Positions 10,479-21,478 are shown, counted from the first letter of the stretch. The stretch: DNA of 64,000 nucleotides from an uncultured bacterium (GCA_963822585.1 CAWGIE010000010.1:64001-128000); one strand, 5' to 3'. The notes: a model not told the origin generated them from the sequence alone. A program made the numbers and translations.

Positions 10479-10480
10479 TC

Positions 10481-11062
10481 ATGAAGACAATGAGAGCTAT
10501 CATCACGATACTGACTGTGTGTCTCGCGTTCGCAAGCACTACGCATGCGGGGGGATCATCAACAAATCGGCCTGCGTCATGGGCAACACCGATGACGCTC
10601 GCCGGAGTCCCAAATCTTCACAGGGTGTCTACAAATCTCTACCGCAGCGCGCAACCTACCGCTGAAGGCATGCGTAATCTCGCGCAGTTGGGAATCAAGA
10701 CAGTGATCAACCTGCGTTCGTTCCACAGTGATCAAGACGAGATCGCGGGGACTTCGTTGAAAAGCGAACATATCCGTATGAAGACATGGCACCCGGAAGT
10801 CGAGGATGTCGTTAAGTTCCTTCGCATCATCAATGAACCCACAAGCGGTCCGGTGCTTCTGCATTGCCAGCACGGAGCGGATCGAACCGGCACAATGTGC
10901 GCCATCTACCGTATTGCCGTGCAGGGCTGGTCCAAAGAGCAAGCGCTCGAAGAGATGACGAAAGGTGGGTTTGGATTTCATACGATGTGGCAGAACCTGC
11001 CACCTTGGATTGATTCCCTTGATGTGCAGCAAATTAAAAGTGATGCGGGAATGAAGAACTGA
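10481..11062 (+). CDS. Secreted dual-specificity/tyrosine phosphatase (gene cassette 3)
   Basis: LYRSAQP, VINLR and catalytic HCQHGADRTG (CX5R); signal peptide. Confidence 0.9.
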   Translation: MKTMRAIITILTVCLAFASTTHAGGSSTNRPASWATPMTLAGVPNLHRVSTNLYRSAQPTAEGMRNLAQLGIKTVINLRSFHSDQDEIAGTSLKSEHIRMKTWHPEVEDVVKFLRIINEPTSGPVLLHCQHGADRTGTMCAIYRIAVQGWSKEQALEEMTKGGFGFHTMWQNLPPWIDSLDVQQIKSDAGMKN

Positions 11063-11240
11063 GCCGAACGGGCTGCTGAGCTTCCGCTCCAGCGTCCGCG
11101 CTGGCGCGCGGCAGAACTAACGCTGGAACAGCCTCGTGAACCTTGACACCCCCCATCCTTGACGATACAATTCTCGCCGTCACGAAAAATTCACATCCAC
11201 TTTCACATCCATTGTATTGACACGCTGAAGCGCCGATGCG

Positions 11241-13229
11241 ATGAGCAGCACGAAACCCTCTCTCCTCCAGCGTCTGAAAGTCCTGGTGATCGGGGGCGCC
11301 CACAGCCTCCACGACCACTCCCTCTTTCATAAACTCTCCCTGATCGCCTTCTTCGCCTGGGTCGGTTTGGGGGCGGACGGCCTCTCCTCCTCCTGTTACG
11401 GCCCGGCGGAAGCCTTCCTCGCCCTCAACGGCCGGGTTTACCTGGCCGTTTTCGTCGCCCTCGGTTCCGCCATCACGGTCTTCGTCATCAGCACCAGCTA
11501 CTCCCAGATCATCGAGCTTTTTCCCACCGGGGGCGGAGCCTATTTCGTGGCCGGCAAGCTGCTCTCTCCCTCGATGGGGATGGTCGCCGGCTGCGCCCTC
11601 CTGGTCGATTACGTCCTCACCATCACCCTCTCCATCGCCAGCGGGGCCGAGGCGATCTTCAGTTTCCTCCCCGCCGAGTGGCAGTCCTATAAGCTCGCTT
11701 TCGCGGTGGCCGGGGTGGTGGTCCTGATCCTGCTTAACCTGCGGGGGGCCAAGGAATCGGTCCTCCCCCTGGTGCCGATCTTCATGATCTTCCTCGGCAC
11801 CCACGCCTTTGTCATCATTTACGGCTGCCTCACCCACCTGCCCGAGCTTCCCGCCGTGGCCGGAGGGACCGCGGCCGAGGTCCGGCGGGCCAGCGCGGAG
11901 ATCGGGATCGCGGGGATGATCTTCCTGATCCTGCGCGCCTTCAGCATGGGGGCGGGCACCTACACCGGGATCGAGGCGGTGAGCAACGGCCTCCCCCTCC
12001 TGCGGGAGCCGAAAGTGCAGACCGGCAAGCGGACCATGCGCTACATGGCCGTCTCCCTCGCCTTCATGGCCCTGGGGCTGATGATCGTTTTTCTCCTCTA
12101 CCAGGTGAGTTCCCAGCCCGGCAAGACTCTCAACGCCAGCCTCTTCGATCGGGCCACGGCGGGGTGGGGGAAGACGGAGGCCTATATCTTCGTCCTGGCG
12201 GCGCTCATCTCCGAGGCGGCCATCCTCTTCGTGGCCGCCCAGACCGGTTTCCTGGGCGGACCGCGGGTGCTGGCGAACATGGCCATGGACCGGTGGGTCC
12301 CCACCCGGTTCGCCCTCCTCAGCGACCGCTTCGTCTCCCAGAACGGGGTCCTCCTGATGGGGGGGGCGGGGCTGGTCCTGATGATCCTCACCGGCGGCTC
12401 GGTCCATTTCCTGATCGTGCTCTACAGTATCAACGTTTTCGTCACCTTCGTCCTCGCCCAGCTGGGGATGGTGCGCCACTGGTGGTGGTCTCGCCTCAAA
12501 CTGAAGCACTGGCGGAGGAAGCTCTTCATCAACGGCCTGGGGCTGGTCATCTGCGTGTTCATCCTTCTCTCGGTGGTGGTGGTGAAGTTCAACGACGGGG
12601 GGTGGATCACCTTACTGGTCACCGGCTCCCTGATCGTGATCGTGATTCTGATCAAGAGGCATTATGAAAACACCGGCCGGATGCTGCGCCGGCTGGACAG
12701 CCTGGTGGAGGCGGCCGAGATTCCCTCTCCCTCCGTTCTCGCCGGTGAAAAGGCGCCGCCGGAGTTCGACCCCGAAGCGAGAACGGCCGTCCTCCTCGTC
12801 AGCGGCTATAACGGGATGGGTCTGCACACCCTGTTCAACGTCTTCCGCATGTTCGGGGATACCTTCAAGAATTTCGTTTTCCTGGAGATCGGCGCGGTCG
12901 ACGTCGGGGTCTTTCAGGGCGCGTCCGAACTGGAACGGCTCCAGTCCAAGGTGAGAAAAGACCTCGACCAATACGTCGGCTACCTCAGGAAGAACGGCTA
13001 CTACGCCGAGGGCTTCTTCCGGATCGGGACCGACGTCGTGGCCGAGATCACCACTATCGCCCCGACGGTCCTGGCCCGCTTCCCCCAGGCGGTCTTTTTC
13101 GGGGGGCGGCTGGTCTTCGACCAGGACTCGTTCGTCTCCCGCTGGCTGCACAACTACACCGTCTTCGCCGTGCAGAAGAAATTCTCCTACCTGGGGATCC
13201 CCTTCTTCGTCCTCCCGATCCGGATGTGA
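11241..13229 (+). CDS. APC-superfamily transporter (KimA/YdaO-like)
   Basis: GADGLSSSCYG, YSQIIELFPTGGGAY, TGIEAVSNG; about 12 TM helices plus cytosolic C-domain. Confidence 0.85.
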   Translation: MSSTKPSLLQRLKVLVIGGAHSLHDHSLFHKLSLIAFFAWVGLGADGLSSSCYGPAEAFLALNGRVYLAVFVALGSAITVFVISTSYSQIIELFPTGGGAYFVAGKLLSPSMGMVAGCALLVDYVLTITLSIASGAEAIFSFLPAEWQSYKLAFAVAGVVVLILLNLRGAKESVLPLVPIFMIFLGTHAFVIIYGCLTHLPELPAVAGGTAAEVRRASAEIGIAGMIFLILRAFSMGAGTYTGIEAVSNGLPLLREPKVQTGKRTMRYMAVSLAFMALGLMIVFLLYQVSSQPGKTLNASLFDRATAGWGKTEAYIFVLAALISEAAILFVAAQTGFLGGPRVLANMAMDRWVPTRFALLSDRFVSQNGVLLMGGAGLVLMILTGGSVHFLIVLYSINVFVTFVLAQLGMVRHWWWSRLKLKHWRRKLFINGLGLVICVFILLSVVVVKFNDGGWITLLVTGSLIVIVILIKRHYENTGRMLRRLDSLVEAAEIPSPSVLAGEKAPPEFDPEARTAVLLVSGYNGMGLHTLFNVFRMFGDTFKNFVFLEIGAVDVGVFQGASELERLQSKVRKDLDQYVGYLRKNGYYAEGFFRIGTDVVAEITTIAPTVLARFPQAVFFGGRLVFDQDSFVSRWLHNYTVFAVQKKFSYLGIPFFVLPIRM

Positions 13230-13283
13230 CCTCAGATTTGTAGGCGTTTTTCTTCCCTCGCCTCGGGTTACTCGAAAAGGGGC

Positions 13284-13361
13284 CTCATCGAGGTGTGGGA
13301 GGCGGGGTGTGATTTTTTGACGGTGGTACAATACCTGCAGCCGTCGGGGGATCACCTACCC
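13284..13361 (+). pseudogene. lipA: Short lipoyl synthase fragment
   Basis: Translates to EAGCDFLTVVQYLQPSGDHLP, matching the LipA G(C/V)DxLTxGQYLQP..HLP motif. Confidence 0.6.
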
Positions 13362-13474
13362 GACGCGGCTACAAATCGCCTGATTTTTTCGACCGGAGCA
13401 GGGTCAAAGCGGATCCGCTCATTTCGCAGCAGGGGCGTGGGACCGCGGTTCCTACCGGGCGGACCGGGCCCCGG

Positions 13475-14878
13475 TCAAAGTTCGAGGATAGTCTTGTTGG
13501 CCGCTTCGGCCGCGTGGGCCAGGGTTTCCGCCAACGTGGGATGAGCATGGATCGTTCGGGAAAGGTCTTCCATATCCGCTCCCATTTCCAGCGCCAGCGT
13601 CGCTTCCGCGATCAATTCCCCGGCGTGGCAACCCGCGATCGCCGCCCCGATGACCCTGCCCGTTTCCTTGTCAAAGAGCAGCCTCGTTTTACCATTCTCG
13701 CACCCCTGTGTCAGGGCCCGCCCGCTGGCCGCCCAGGGGAATTCACCCTTAATGAAGTCAATACCCTTTTCTTTCGCCTCTTTCTCGGTAAGCCCGCACC
13801 AGGCGATTTCGGGGATGGTATAGGCCACTGACGGAATGGCCCGGGCGATAAAGGCGGATTTGAGGCCGGCCGCGACCTCCGCCGCGACCCTTCCTTCATG
13901 ACTGGCCTTGTGGGCCAGCATCGGGCCGGCTGTGACATCTCCGATGGCGAAGATGTGGGAAACAGATGTCTTTTGCGTTTCGTCGACGGGAATCCTTCCC
14001 TGCTCGTCCGTGTCGATCCCGGTCGCCTCGAGGTTGATCCGGTCGGTATTGGGGGACCTCCCGATAGCGACCAGGGCGGCGTCGAAAGCGTTTTCTCCGC
14101 CCCCGAAAACCGCACGGATCTTTTTCCCCTCGGCCGCGATGGATTCAAGTCTGGTGCCGAGAAGGATGGAAATGCCGAGGTCCGCGGACTTCTTCTGCAG
14201 AATCGCGGCCATATCGCGGTCGGCGGCCGGAATGAGCTGGCCGGCCATTTCCACCACGGTGACCCGGCTGCCCAGGGCGCGGTAGACAGCCGCCATTTCC
14301 ATGCCGATGATACCGCCCCCCAGGATCAGGAAGTCTTCCGGCACCGTTTCGAGTTTCAGGGCGTCCGTGGAATCCCATATCCGTTCGTCCGCAGGGGCCC
14401 CCGGCAGCCGGATGGGTTTCGATCCGACCGCGATAACGCACTGCTCGAATTCAACGCTGCGCTTTTCCGAACCGCTCCGGACGATCACGCGGCTGGGGGA
14501 ATCAAAGACACCCCGGCCGGTGACGACCTCGACGGACCTCTTTTTGGCCAGGGCGCCGAGGCCGCGGGTCAGCCGGCCGACCACTTTGTCCCGGTGCTTG
14601 CGGATTTTATCCAGATCCAGATCAGGGTCGGGAAACCCAACGCCCCAGGCGGCAAGTTCCCGCGCCTGAATGATCTGTTCCGCCAGATGGAGAAGGGTCT
14701 TGGACGGAATGCACCCCACGTTCAGGCAGACTCCGCCCAGGGTCGGACTCTCTTCCACCAGGGTCACTTTTTTTCCCAGATCGGCGGCTCGAAACGCGGC
14801 GGTGTAACCGCCGGGTCCGCCGCCCAGGATCAGCAGCTCGGCCGGCATTCCGATCGGCCTCCGGTCTGTTTCAACCAA
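13475..14878 (-). CDS. lpdA: Dihydrolipoamide dehydrogenase (E3)
   Basis: GGGPGGY, GGVCLNVGCIPSK, HAHPTLAE. Confidence 0.96.
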   Translation of the reverse strand: MVETDRRPIGMPAELLILGGGPGGYTAAFRAADLGKKVTLVEESPTLGGVCLNVGCIPSKTLLHLAEQIIQARELAAWGVGFPDPDLDLDKIRKHRDKVVGRLTRGLGALAKKRSVEVVTGRGVFDSPSRVIVRSGSEKRSVEFEQCVIAVGSKPIRLPGAPADERIWDSTDALKLETVPEDFLILGGGIIGMEMAAVYRALGSRVTVVEMAGQLIPAADRDMAAILQKKSADLGISILLGTRLESIAAEGKKIRAVFGGGENAFDAALVAIGRSPNTDRINLEATGIDTDEQGRIPVDETQKTSVSHIFAIGDVTAGPMLAHKASHEGRVAAEVAAGLKSAFIARAIPSVAYTIPEIAWCGLTEKEAKEKGIDFIKGEFPWAASGRALTQGCENGKTRLLFDKETGRVIGAAIAGCHAGELIAEATLALEMGADMEDLSRTIHAHPTLAETLAHAAEAANKTILEL

Positions 14879-14888
14879 CGCAATGTCA

Positions 14889-16277
14889 TTATAATGACAG
14901 GTTCCTTATGTCGCTCAATTCGTCGGAAAGGAAACGGCAAAATCTCGCTCCAGCGGCGCCGTCGATCAGCCGGTGGTCGTAGGAGAGTGAGAACGGGAGG
15001 GTATAACGCGGGACAAAGGCGCGGCTCTCCTCATCCCAGGCCGAGGTGATACCGGCCCGGGCCAGCCCGAGGATCGCCACCTCGGGAGGGTTGATCAGCG
15101 GCGTGAAACCCAGTCCCCCGATACCGCCGAGGCTGGAGATCGTAAAACTCGCTCCCGATATATCTTCCGTCGTCAGCCGGCCTTTTCGGGCCTTCTCCGC
15201 CAGGTCCATCAGTTCCTTCCCGATTTCGATCAGACCTTTGGAATCCGCGTCCCTGATCACCGGCACCGTCAGGCCTTGATCGGTGTCGACGGCAAAGCCG
15301 ATATGGTAATATTTTTTCATTACATAGCGTCCCTCTTCGGGAAGGATCGTCGCGTTGAAGAGCGGGAATTTTTTCAGGGCGACGGTGCAGGCCTTGATCG
15401 CGAAGGCGAGAAGCGTCAGGCGGATGCCTTGCTCCTCCAGCTTCTTATTGGCTTTTTTTCGAAACTCCTCCAGGTCATTGATATAGGCCTCGTCAAAGTG
15501 GGTAACCAGGGGGACCGTCTGCCAGCCCTGCTGGAGGCGGCGGCCGCCGATCTTCTTGACGCGTGACAGTTCGGCGATCTCGATCTCGCCGAATTCCTTG
15601 AATGAGGCCGGGTCCACCCGGATAGCCGCCGGAGCGGTCCCGGCAAGCCGCTCTTTGACAAAGGCGGCAACGTCTTCCCTGCGGATTCGGCCCTTGGGCC
15701 CCGAACCGGTTACCCGGGAGAGGTCGACTCCCAGCTCGCGGGCGTACAGCCTAACGGAAGGAGAGGCGTGGCTCGGTCTGGCGACCCCCGTCGGCGGCGT
15801 GGCGGTCCCTTTTCCGGCGGCCGGTTTCTCGGCGGCTTCGACCGGCTTCTCCCCGGTCTCTTTCCCGGCGGCCGGTTTCTCGGCGGCTTCCTCCGGCTTC
15901 CCCCCGGACACTTTTTCGGCTGCAGGCTTATCGGCCGGTTCGCCGGCTTCCTGTTTTTGCGGTTCGGTTTTTTTCGCGTCCGCCGGTTTTGATTCTTCCC
16001 GGGCGGCTTCTCCTTCGGGGGCGCCCTCATCGTCATCATGGACTTCCATGACGCCGACCAGGTCCCCTTCGGAAACCAGATCGTTGACCTTGACGGCGAT
16101 GCTGATGATTTTTCCGCTCCGGGGAGCGGGAATTTCCATCACCGCCTTGTCGCTTTCCAGGGCGATGACGGGGTCGTCCCGCTTGACGGTGCTTCCCTCT
16201 TTTACGAATATCTCCACGACGGGAACGTCTTTATAATCGCCCAGATGGGGTATCTTGATTTCCATGGTATTCGGCAT
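14889..16277 (-). CDS. aceF: Dihydrolipoamide acetyltransferase (E2), single lipoyl domain
   Basis: ESDKA lipoyl site, HASPSVR..GSGPKGRI E3-binding domain, DHRLIDG. Confidence 0.95.
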   Translation of the reverse strand: MPNTMEIKIPHLGDYKDVPVVEIFVKEGSTVKRDDPVIALESDKAVMEIPAPRSGKIISIAVKVNDLVSEGDLVGVMEVHDDDEGAPEGEAAREESKPADAKKTEPQKQEAGEPADKPAAEKVSGGKPEEAAEKPAAGKETGEKPVEAAEKPAAGKGTATPPTGVARPSHASPSVRLYARELGVDLSRVTGSGPKGRIRREDVAAFVKERLAGTAPAAIRVDPASFKEFGEIEIAELSRVKKIGGRRLQQGWQTVPLVTHFDEAYINDLEEFRKKANKKLEEQGIRLTLLAFAIKACTVALKKFPLFNATILPEEGRYVMKKYYHIGFAVDTDQGLTVPVIRDADSKGLIEIGKELMDLAEKARKGRLTTEDISGASFTISSLGGIGGLGFTPLINPPEVAILGLARAGITSAWDEESRAFVPRYTLPFSLSYDHRLIDGAAGARFCRFLSDELSDIRNLSL

Positions 16278-16288
16278 GGCGTCTGTCC

Positions 16289-18946
16289 CTAATGAGTGAG
16301 CGGATCGGATTTGTCCGCGTCTATGTTATATTTTTTTATCGCCTCGCTCACGCGTGCCGCGTCGATTATCCCCTGGTCCCGAAGCGAACTCAGGGCCGCC
16401 ACGACAACGTGGTATCGGTCGATCTCGAAGAACCCCCGCAGTTTTTCACGCGTGTCGCTCCGCCCGAAACCGTCGGTGCCGAGAATGGTGTACGGCATCG
16501 GCACCAGCCGGCGGATCAGCTCGGGATAAGCCCGCAGATAATCCGTGGCGATGACCGCGGGCCCCTTCCTTTCCTGAAGGAGAGAAGTGAGATACGGCGT
16601 TTTTTGTTTTTCGCCCGGGTGCAGCCTGTTGAACCGCTCGCATTCGATCCCGTCGCGGTTGAGCTGATTGATGCCGGGAACGCTCCAGATGTCTGCGCTC
16701 ACGCCGAAGTCATTCGCCAGCAGTTCGGCCGCGGCGATGACCTCGTTAAGGATCGCGCCGCTTCCCATGAGCTGCACTTTATGGCCTTCGGCCATTCCCT
16801 CCCGGAGAAGATACATCCCCTTCAGAATGCCCTCGGTGACGCCTTCGGGCAGTGCGGGCTGGGGGTATTTCTCGTTCATTAACGTGAGATAATAGAAAAT
16901 ATCCTCCTGGTCGTGAAACATGCGCCGCAGTCCGTCCTGGATAATCACGACCATTTCATATGTAAATGTCGGGTCGTAGGTCCGGCAGTTCGGTATGACC
17001 GCGGCCAGCAGGTGACTGTGGCCGTCCTGATGCTGTAGTCCTTCCCCGTTCAATGTCGTCCGCCCGGAAGTCGCCCCGAGCAGAAACCCGCGGGCCCGGA
17101 CATCGCCGGCGGCCCAGGCCAAATCGCCGGTGCGCTGGAATCCGAACATGGAATAGAAGGTATAAAAGGGAACCATATTGATATTGTAGTTGGAATAAGC
17201 CGTGCCCGCCGCGATCCAGGAGGCGAGGGCCCCGGTTTCGGTGATTCCCTCTTCGAGGATTTGACCCTTGGCGTCCTCCCGGTACCACATGATCGACTCC
17301 CGGTCTTCGGGTTCATAGAGCTGTCCAACCGGGGAGTAGATGCCGAGCTGGCGGAAGAGGCCTTCCATCCCGAAGGTGCGGGCCTCGTCGGGCACGATCG
17401 GGACGATGTGTTTGCCGATCTTTTCGTCCCGGCAGAGAGCGCTGAGCAGCCGGACAAACCCCATGGTCGTGGATACGGTGCGATCGTCGGAACCGCCGAG
17501 CAGGGATGTGAACGTATCCAGGGGGGGAATGTCCAGGGGCGCGGCTTTTTTCCGCCGGCCGGGCAGATACCCCCCCAGTTTCTTTCGCTGTTCGTGGATA
17601 AAACGGTATTCCTCGCTCCCCTCCGGGGGGCGGATAAAGGGTAACTCCTCGAGCTGGTCGTCCTTGAGGGGGACGTGGAACCGGTCCCGGAACTCCTTGA
17701 GTGCGGCCGCGTCCATCTTTTTCTGATTATGGGCGATATTGGCGGACTCGCCGGATTCGCCCATGCCGAAACCCTTTGTCGTCTTGGCGATGATAACGGT
17801 GGGCGAACCCGTGTGCCGGCAGGCGGCGGCAAAGGCGGCGTAGACCTTGCGCGGGTCATGCCCTCCCCGCGACAACTGGCGGATGTCCCGGTCGCTGAAA
17901 TCCTTGACCAGTTCCTTGAGGAAGGGGTCGGTATTGAATATCTTTTCGCGGATATAGTCCCCGCCTTTGGACCCGAGGTTCTGGAAATCGCCGTCGACCA
18001 TGTTTTCCAGCTTTTCCCGGAGGATGCCCTTGGTGTCCCGGGCCAGGATCTTGTCCCATTCCGTTCCCCAGATGACCTTGATGACGTTCCACCCGGCGCC
18101 CCGGAAAGCGCTTTCCAGTTCCTGGACGATCTTGCCGTTCCCCCGGACGGGCCCGTCGAGACGCTGGAGGTTGCAATTGATGACGAAGATAAGGTTGTCG
18201 AGGTTCTCCCGCGCGGCGATGGAGAGGACTCCCCTCGATTCGGGCTCGTCGGTTTCCCCGTCGCCGAGAAATGCCCATACCCGGCGGCCTTCCATCGGGG
18301 CGAGCCCGCGGGCGGCCATATATTTCATGAAACGGGCCTGGTAGACCGCCATGGCTGGGCCGAGCCCCATGGATACGGTCGGGAATTGCCAGAAATCGGG
18401 CATCAGCCACGGGTGAGGATAAGAGGAAAGACCCTTGCCGTCGGTCTCGCGCCGGAAGTTGAGCAGATCCTCTGCTTCGAGCCGGCCCTCCACAAAGGCG
18501 CGCGCGTACATTCCCGGTGAGGAGTGGCCCTGAAAATAGACGAGGTCGCCGCCGTTTTGGGATTGCGGTCCGCGGAAGAAGTAGTCGTACCCCACTTCGT
18601 AAAGGACCGCGGCGGAGGCGTAGGTGGCGATGTGGCCGCCGATACCGGGATAATCCCGGTTGGCCCTGTCGACCATGGCCATGGCGTTCCAGCGGACATA
18701 GGCGGCCACGTTCCGCGCGACCTCGGTATTGCCCGGCATTTTATCCGATTCTTCAGGGGGTATCGTATTGACATAAGGCGTATTGAATTCGAAGGGCAGG
18801 CTGATCCCCTTTCGCGCGGCGTATTCCGAAAGTCTGCGGATAAGGTACTTGGCCTTTTCCGCCCCTTCCGCTTCGAGGACTCCTTCCAGGGCCTCGATCC
18901 ATTCCCCCGTCTCTCCAGGATCCTGATCCTTAAAATCGTATGTCAT
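16289..18946 (-). CDS. aceE: Pyruvate dehydrogenase E1, homodimeric type
   Basis: FQGHSSPG, QFPTVSMGLGP, GDGETDEPE, NCNLQRLDGPV. Confidence 0.97.
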   Translation of the reverse strand: MTYDFKDQDPGETGEWIEALEGVLEAEGAEKAKYLIRRLSEYAARKGISLPFEFNTPYVNTIPPEESDKMPGNTEVARNVAAYVRWNAMAMVDRANRDYPGIGGHIATYASAAVLYEVGYDYFFRGPQSQNGGDLVYFQGHSSPGMYARAFVEGRLEAEDLLNFRRETDGKGLSSYPHPWLMPDFWQFPTVSMGLGPAMAVYQARFMKYMAARGLAPMEGRRVWAFLGDGETDEPESRGVLSIAARENLDNLIFVINCNLQRLDGPVRGNGKIVQELESAFRGAGWNVIKVIWGTEWDKILARDTKGILREKLENMVDGDFQNLGSKGGDYIREKIFNTDPFLKELVKDFSDRDIRQLSRGGHDPRKVYAAFAAACRHTGSPTVIIAKTTKGFGMGESGESANIAHNQKKMDAAALKEFRDRFHVPLKDDQLEELPFIRPPEGSEEYRFIHEQRKKLGGYLPGRRKKAAPLDIPPLDTFTSLLGGSDDRTVSTTMGFVRLLSALCRDEKIGKHIVPIVPDEARTFGMEGLFRQLGIYSPVGQLYEPEDRESIMWYREDAKGQILEEGITETGALASWIAAGTAYSNYNINMVPFYTFYSMFGFQRTGDLAWAAGDVRARGFLLGATSGRTTLNGEGLQHQDGHSHLLAAVIPNCRTYDPTFTYEMVVIIQDGLRRMFHDQEDIFYYLTLMNEKYPQPALPEGVTEGILKGMYLLREGMAEGHKVQLMGSGAILNEVIAAAELLANDFGVSADIWSVPGINQLNRDGIECERFNRLHPGEKQKTPYLTSLLQERKGPAVIATDYLRAYPELIRRLVPMPYTILGTDGFGRSDTREKLRGFFEIDRYHVVVAALSSLRDQGIIDAARVSEAIKKYNIDADKSDPLTH

Positions 18947-19487
18947 TATGCTACCTCATCCGGAGTCACTGTGCCGAACTGCAGTACCGGATAATGAACC
19001 CCGCGATTCAACCGTGTTAGTGTTCGCACTATAGTATCCGACCCTGAACGGAGCGTCAAAAGAAATGAACCGTTGCTGGGTTTCCGCGAGACACCGCCGG
19101 CCTCCGGGGTTTCTTCTCGTTTATTGGGCACTTTATCGGTGCGGTGGCTTGAGAACAATGGCCTCTTTCTCCTCATTATCGACTTTTTTCTACCTGCCGA
19201 AAATCTTCCCGCTCTTTCCCCGAAAAATCTTCTTTCCGGGGGAGAGCCGGTTTCGCTGGTAACCATATGGTTACTGTAACCCCCTCCCTTATACTTTTAT
19301 ACCGTTGCCCCATAACAAAAACAAAACCCTCTCCCCCCGGACGGGGGGAGAGGGCAGGGTGAGGGGGGATAGTCTCGTAGTGCAGGACTTTAGTCCTGCC
19401 AGATATCGGCAAAGCTGATACATGTTCAAATTCGATTATCGCTTCAAGGAGATCTCCGTTGACCCCTCTTTTCTCGATTCCCGTTTC

Positions 19488-19560
19488 CCCGCGCCCGCAG
19501 GCTCTCTCCGCGGAGGCGGCTTCGCCGCCGAACGCTCGTTCGCTCCGCGGCCGCGTCCGC
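19488..19560 (+). repeat. Island repeat R, copy 1
   Basis: CCCGCGCCCGCAGGCTCTCTCCGCGGAGGCGGCTTCGCCGCCGAACGCTCGTTCGCTC(T/C)GCGGCCGCGTCCGC. Confidence 0.95.
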
Positions 19561-19794
19561 TTTTTAGTTTCTTTTACTTTCTCACTTTCACGCGCCTGTC
19601 CGCCTCTGGAGGAAAAGCGAGAAAGTGAAATTGGGAATTGGAAAAATTGCGCCAGGTCCTTAACGGATAGGTTCCTGGATCGTGGGATTTGCTTTCATTC
19701 TTAGTTTGGGTTTGATAGAATAACTTCCAGGACAAAGAATTTGCACATTCTTGTCCAATCGACCGGCTGCCGAGGGGGCCGGCAAGGAGATTTG

Positions 19795-20859
19795 ATGACA
19801 GAAGTCCGCTTTCAACCCAAGTTCACCATTACCAATGCCATCACGGCCGCGCTGACGCGGATCGAGCGAGCCCGGGGCTTCTTGGAAGCCGCGGCGCTCT
19901 CCGAGGACTGGGTGCGCGCTATGGGGGCGCGGGCGCTCGTTCTGGAAGCGCATCACACTACCCACATCGAAGGCACGCGTCTTAGCTTGGAACAGTCAGA
20001 ACGTCTATGGGCCGGGATGCGGGTCCCGGATGTCGATCCTGAGGATGCGCGAGAACTCCTGAACTACCGAAAAGCCTTCGAGCTGGTCTCCGAATATCTC
20101 GAAAGCGGAGGCTCTGTGACCGAGGCCCTGATCCGCGAGATTCATAAGCGACTTGTGGCCGGGGTCCGAGGGGAGAGCGCTACTCCCGGAAAGTATCGCA
20201 AAATTCAGAATTATGTGGTCAACTCCGCTACCGGGCAGATCGTCTATACTCCACCTCCGGCGGCCCAGGTGCCCGGGCTTATGAAGGCCCTGACGGCCTG
20301 GATCAACCACCCTGGCGAAGTCCATCCCGTCTTGGTAAGCGGCCTCGCCCAGTTCCAATTCGTCCACATCCACCCATTCCTGGACGGCAACGGGCGCGCC
20401 TCACGGCTTCTCTCGACGCTTTGCCTTTACCGGGCCGGATACGACTTCAAACGACTCTTCACCATCAGCGAGTACTACGACCGTGATCGCGCCGCGTTTT
20501 ACCGGGCCATCCAGGGGGTTCGGGACCGGGGGATGGATATCACGGGATGGCTGGAGTATTTTGTCGAGGGGCTGGTCACTCAGATGCGGGAAGTGACTGA
20601 CCGCGGAAAGAGGGCGATGAAAGCCGACCTGATCGCCCAGCGAAGCGGATTAAACGCCCGCCAGGCCAAGGCACTCGGCCACGTCTTGGAACACGGCAGT
20701 CTGACCATCCAGGATTTTGAGGTCCTCTGCCCAAAGGTTAATCGTCGGACGCTCCAGCGGGATCTTAAGACGCTGCTGGAGAAGGGACTGCTTTCCGAAC
20801 GGGGGGCGGGACCGACGGACCCCACTCGCCGTTATGTTCCGGGAAATGCTCTGGAATGA
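19795..20859 (+). CDS. Fic-domain protein with C-terminal winged HTH
   Basis: [21 protein letters not shown]ic motif; [14 protein letters not shown]. Confidence 0.93.
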   Translation: MTEVRFQPKFTITNAITAALTRIERARGFLEAAALSEDWVRAMGARALVLEAHHTTHIEGTRLSLEQSERLWAGMRVPDVDPEDARELLNYRKAFELVSEYLESGGSVTEALIREIHKRLVAGVRGESATPGKYRKIQNYVVNSATGQIVYTPPPAAQVPGLMKALTAWINHPGEVHPVLVSGLAQFQFVHIHPFLDGNGRASRLLSTLCLYRAGYDFKRLFTISEYYDRDRAAFYRAIQGVRDRGMDITGWLEYFVEGLVTQMREVTDRGKRAMKADLIAQRSGLNARQAKALGHVLEHGSLTIQDFEVLCPKVNRRTLQRDLKTLLEKGLLSERGAGPTDPTRRYVPGNALE

Positions 20860-21478
20860 GAAAGAGCTGTGACAAGCTGTGACAGGCTACTGTGACGAGC
20901 TATGACACGGCGCTTCGACAGAGTATTACGCTTTATCTCAAAGCTTTTTGCTGTGCCAACCGGCTTATCTACAAATTCAGGGAGTTCCGGAAGAGCAAGA
21001 GATAAACTTGCGACAAACTCGCGACATAACTTGCGACAGGCTTGCGCCGGGACTCACGACAACTTTCGATGTCCGTCTGCGCGTCATCCCGGCTCCGCCC
21101 TTGAAACTCACCCCGGATCATGAAAGGGCAGGGGGCCTCTATAGGCTCCTGACCTTCTTCCCTTGGCTTGAACAGCATAAACCTTACATTTAGTGTAAGG
21201 TTTATGCGTTGACCCCACCCCCCACCAGAGGGAATGCCTGGAGCTTTACTATCTCCGGGGCCTGAGCCAGAAGAAGAGGATCGCCGAGCTCCTCCGGATC
21301 CACCAGACGACCGTTTCTCAGCATATCCGGTATGCCTTAGAGAAACTCCGTCGGGTCTGCAAAATCCTATTAAGAGAAAAAGTCATCGAACTAACAGACT
21401 TTACGGAGTAAAATATCTATACCACAAGACAACTCAGTTCAATGGTTAATCCTGCAACGATTTGGAGGGCATTTTCTT

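Noticed and set aside
11034..12509. Long antisense ORFs (also 4512-5468, 58634-59908, 61919-62851)
   Set aside because: Typical antisense shadows of high-GC3 genes.
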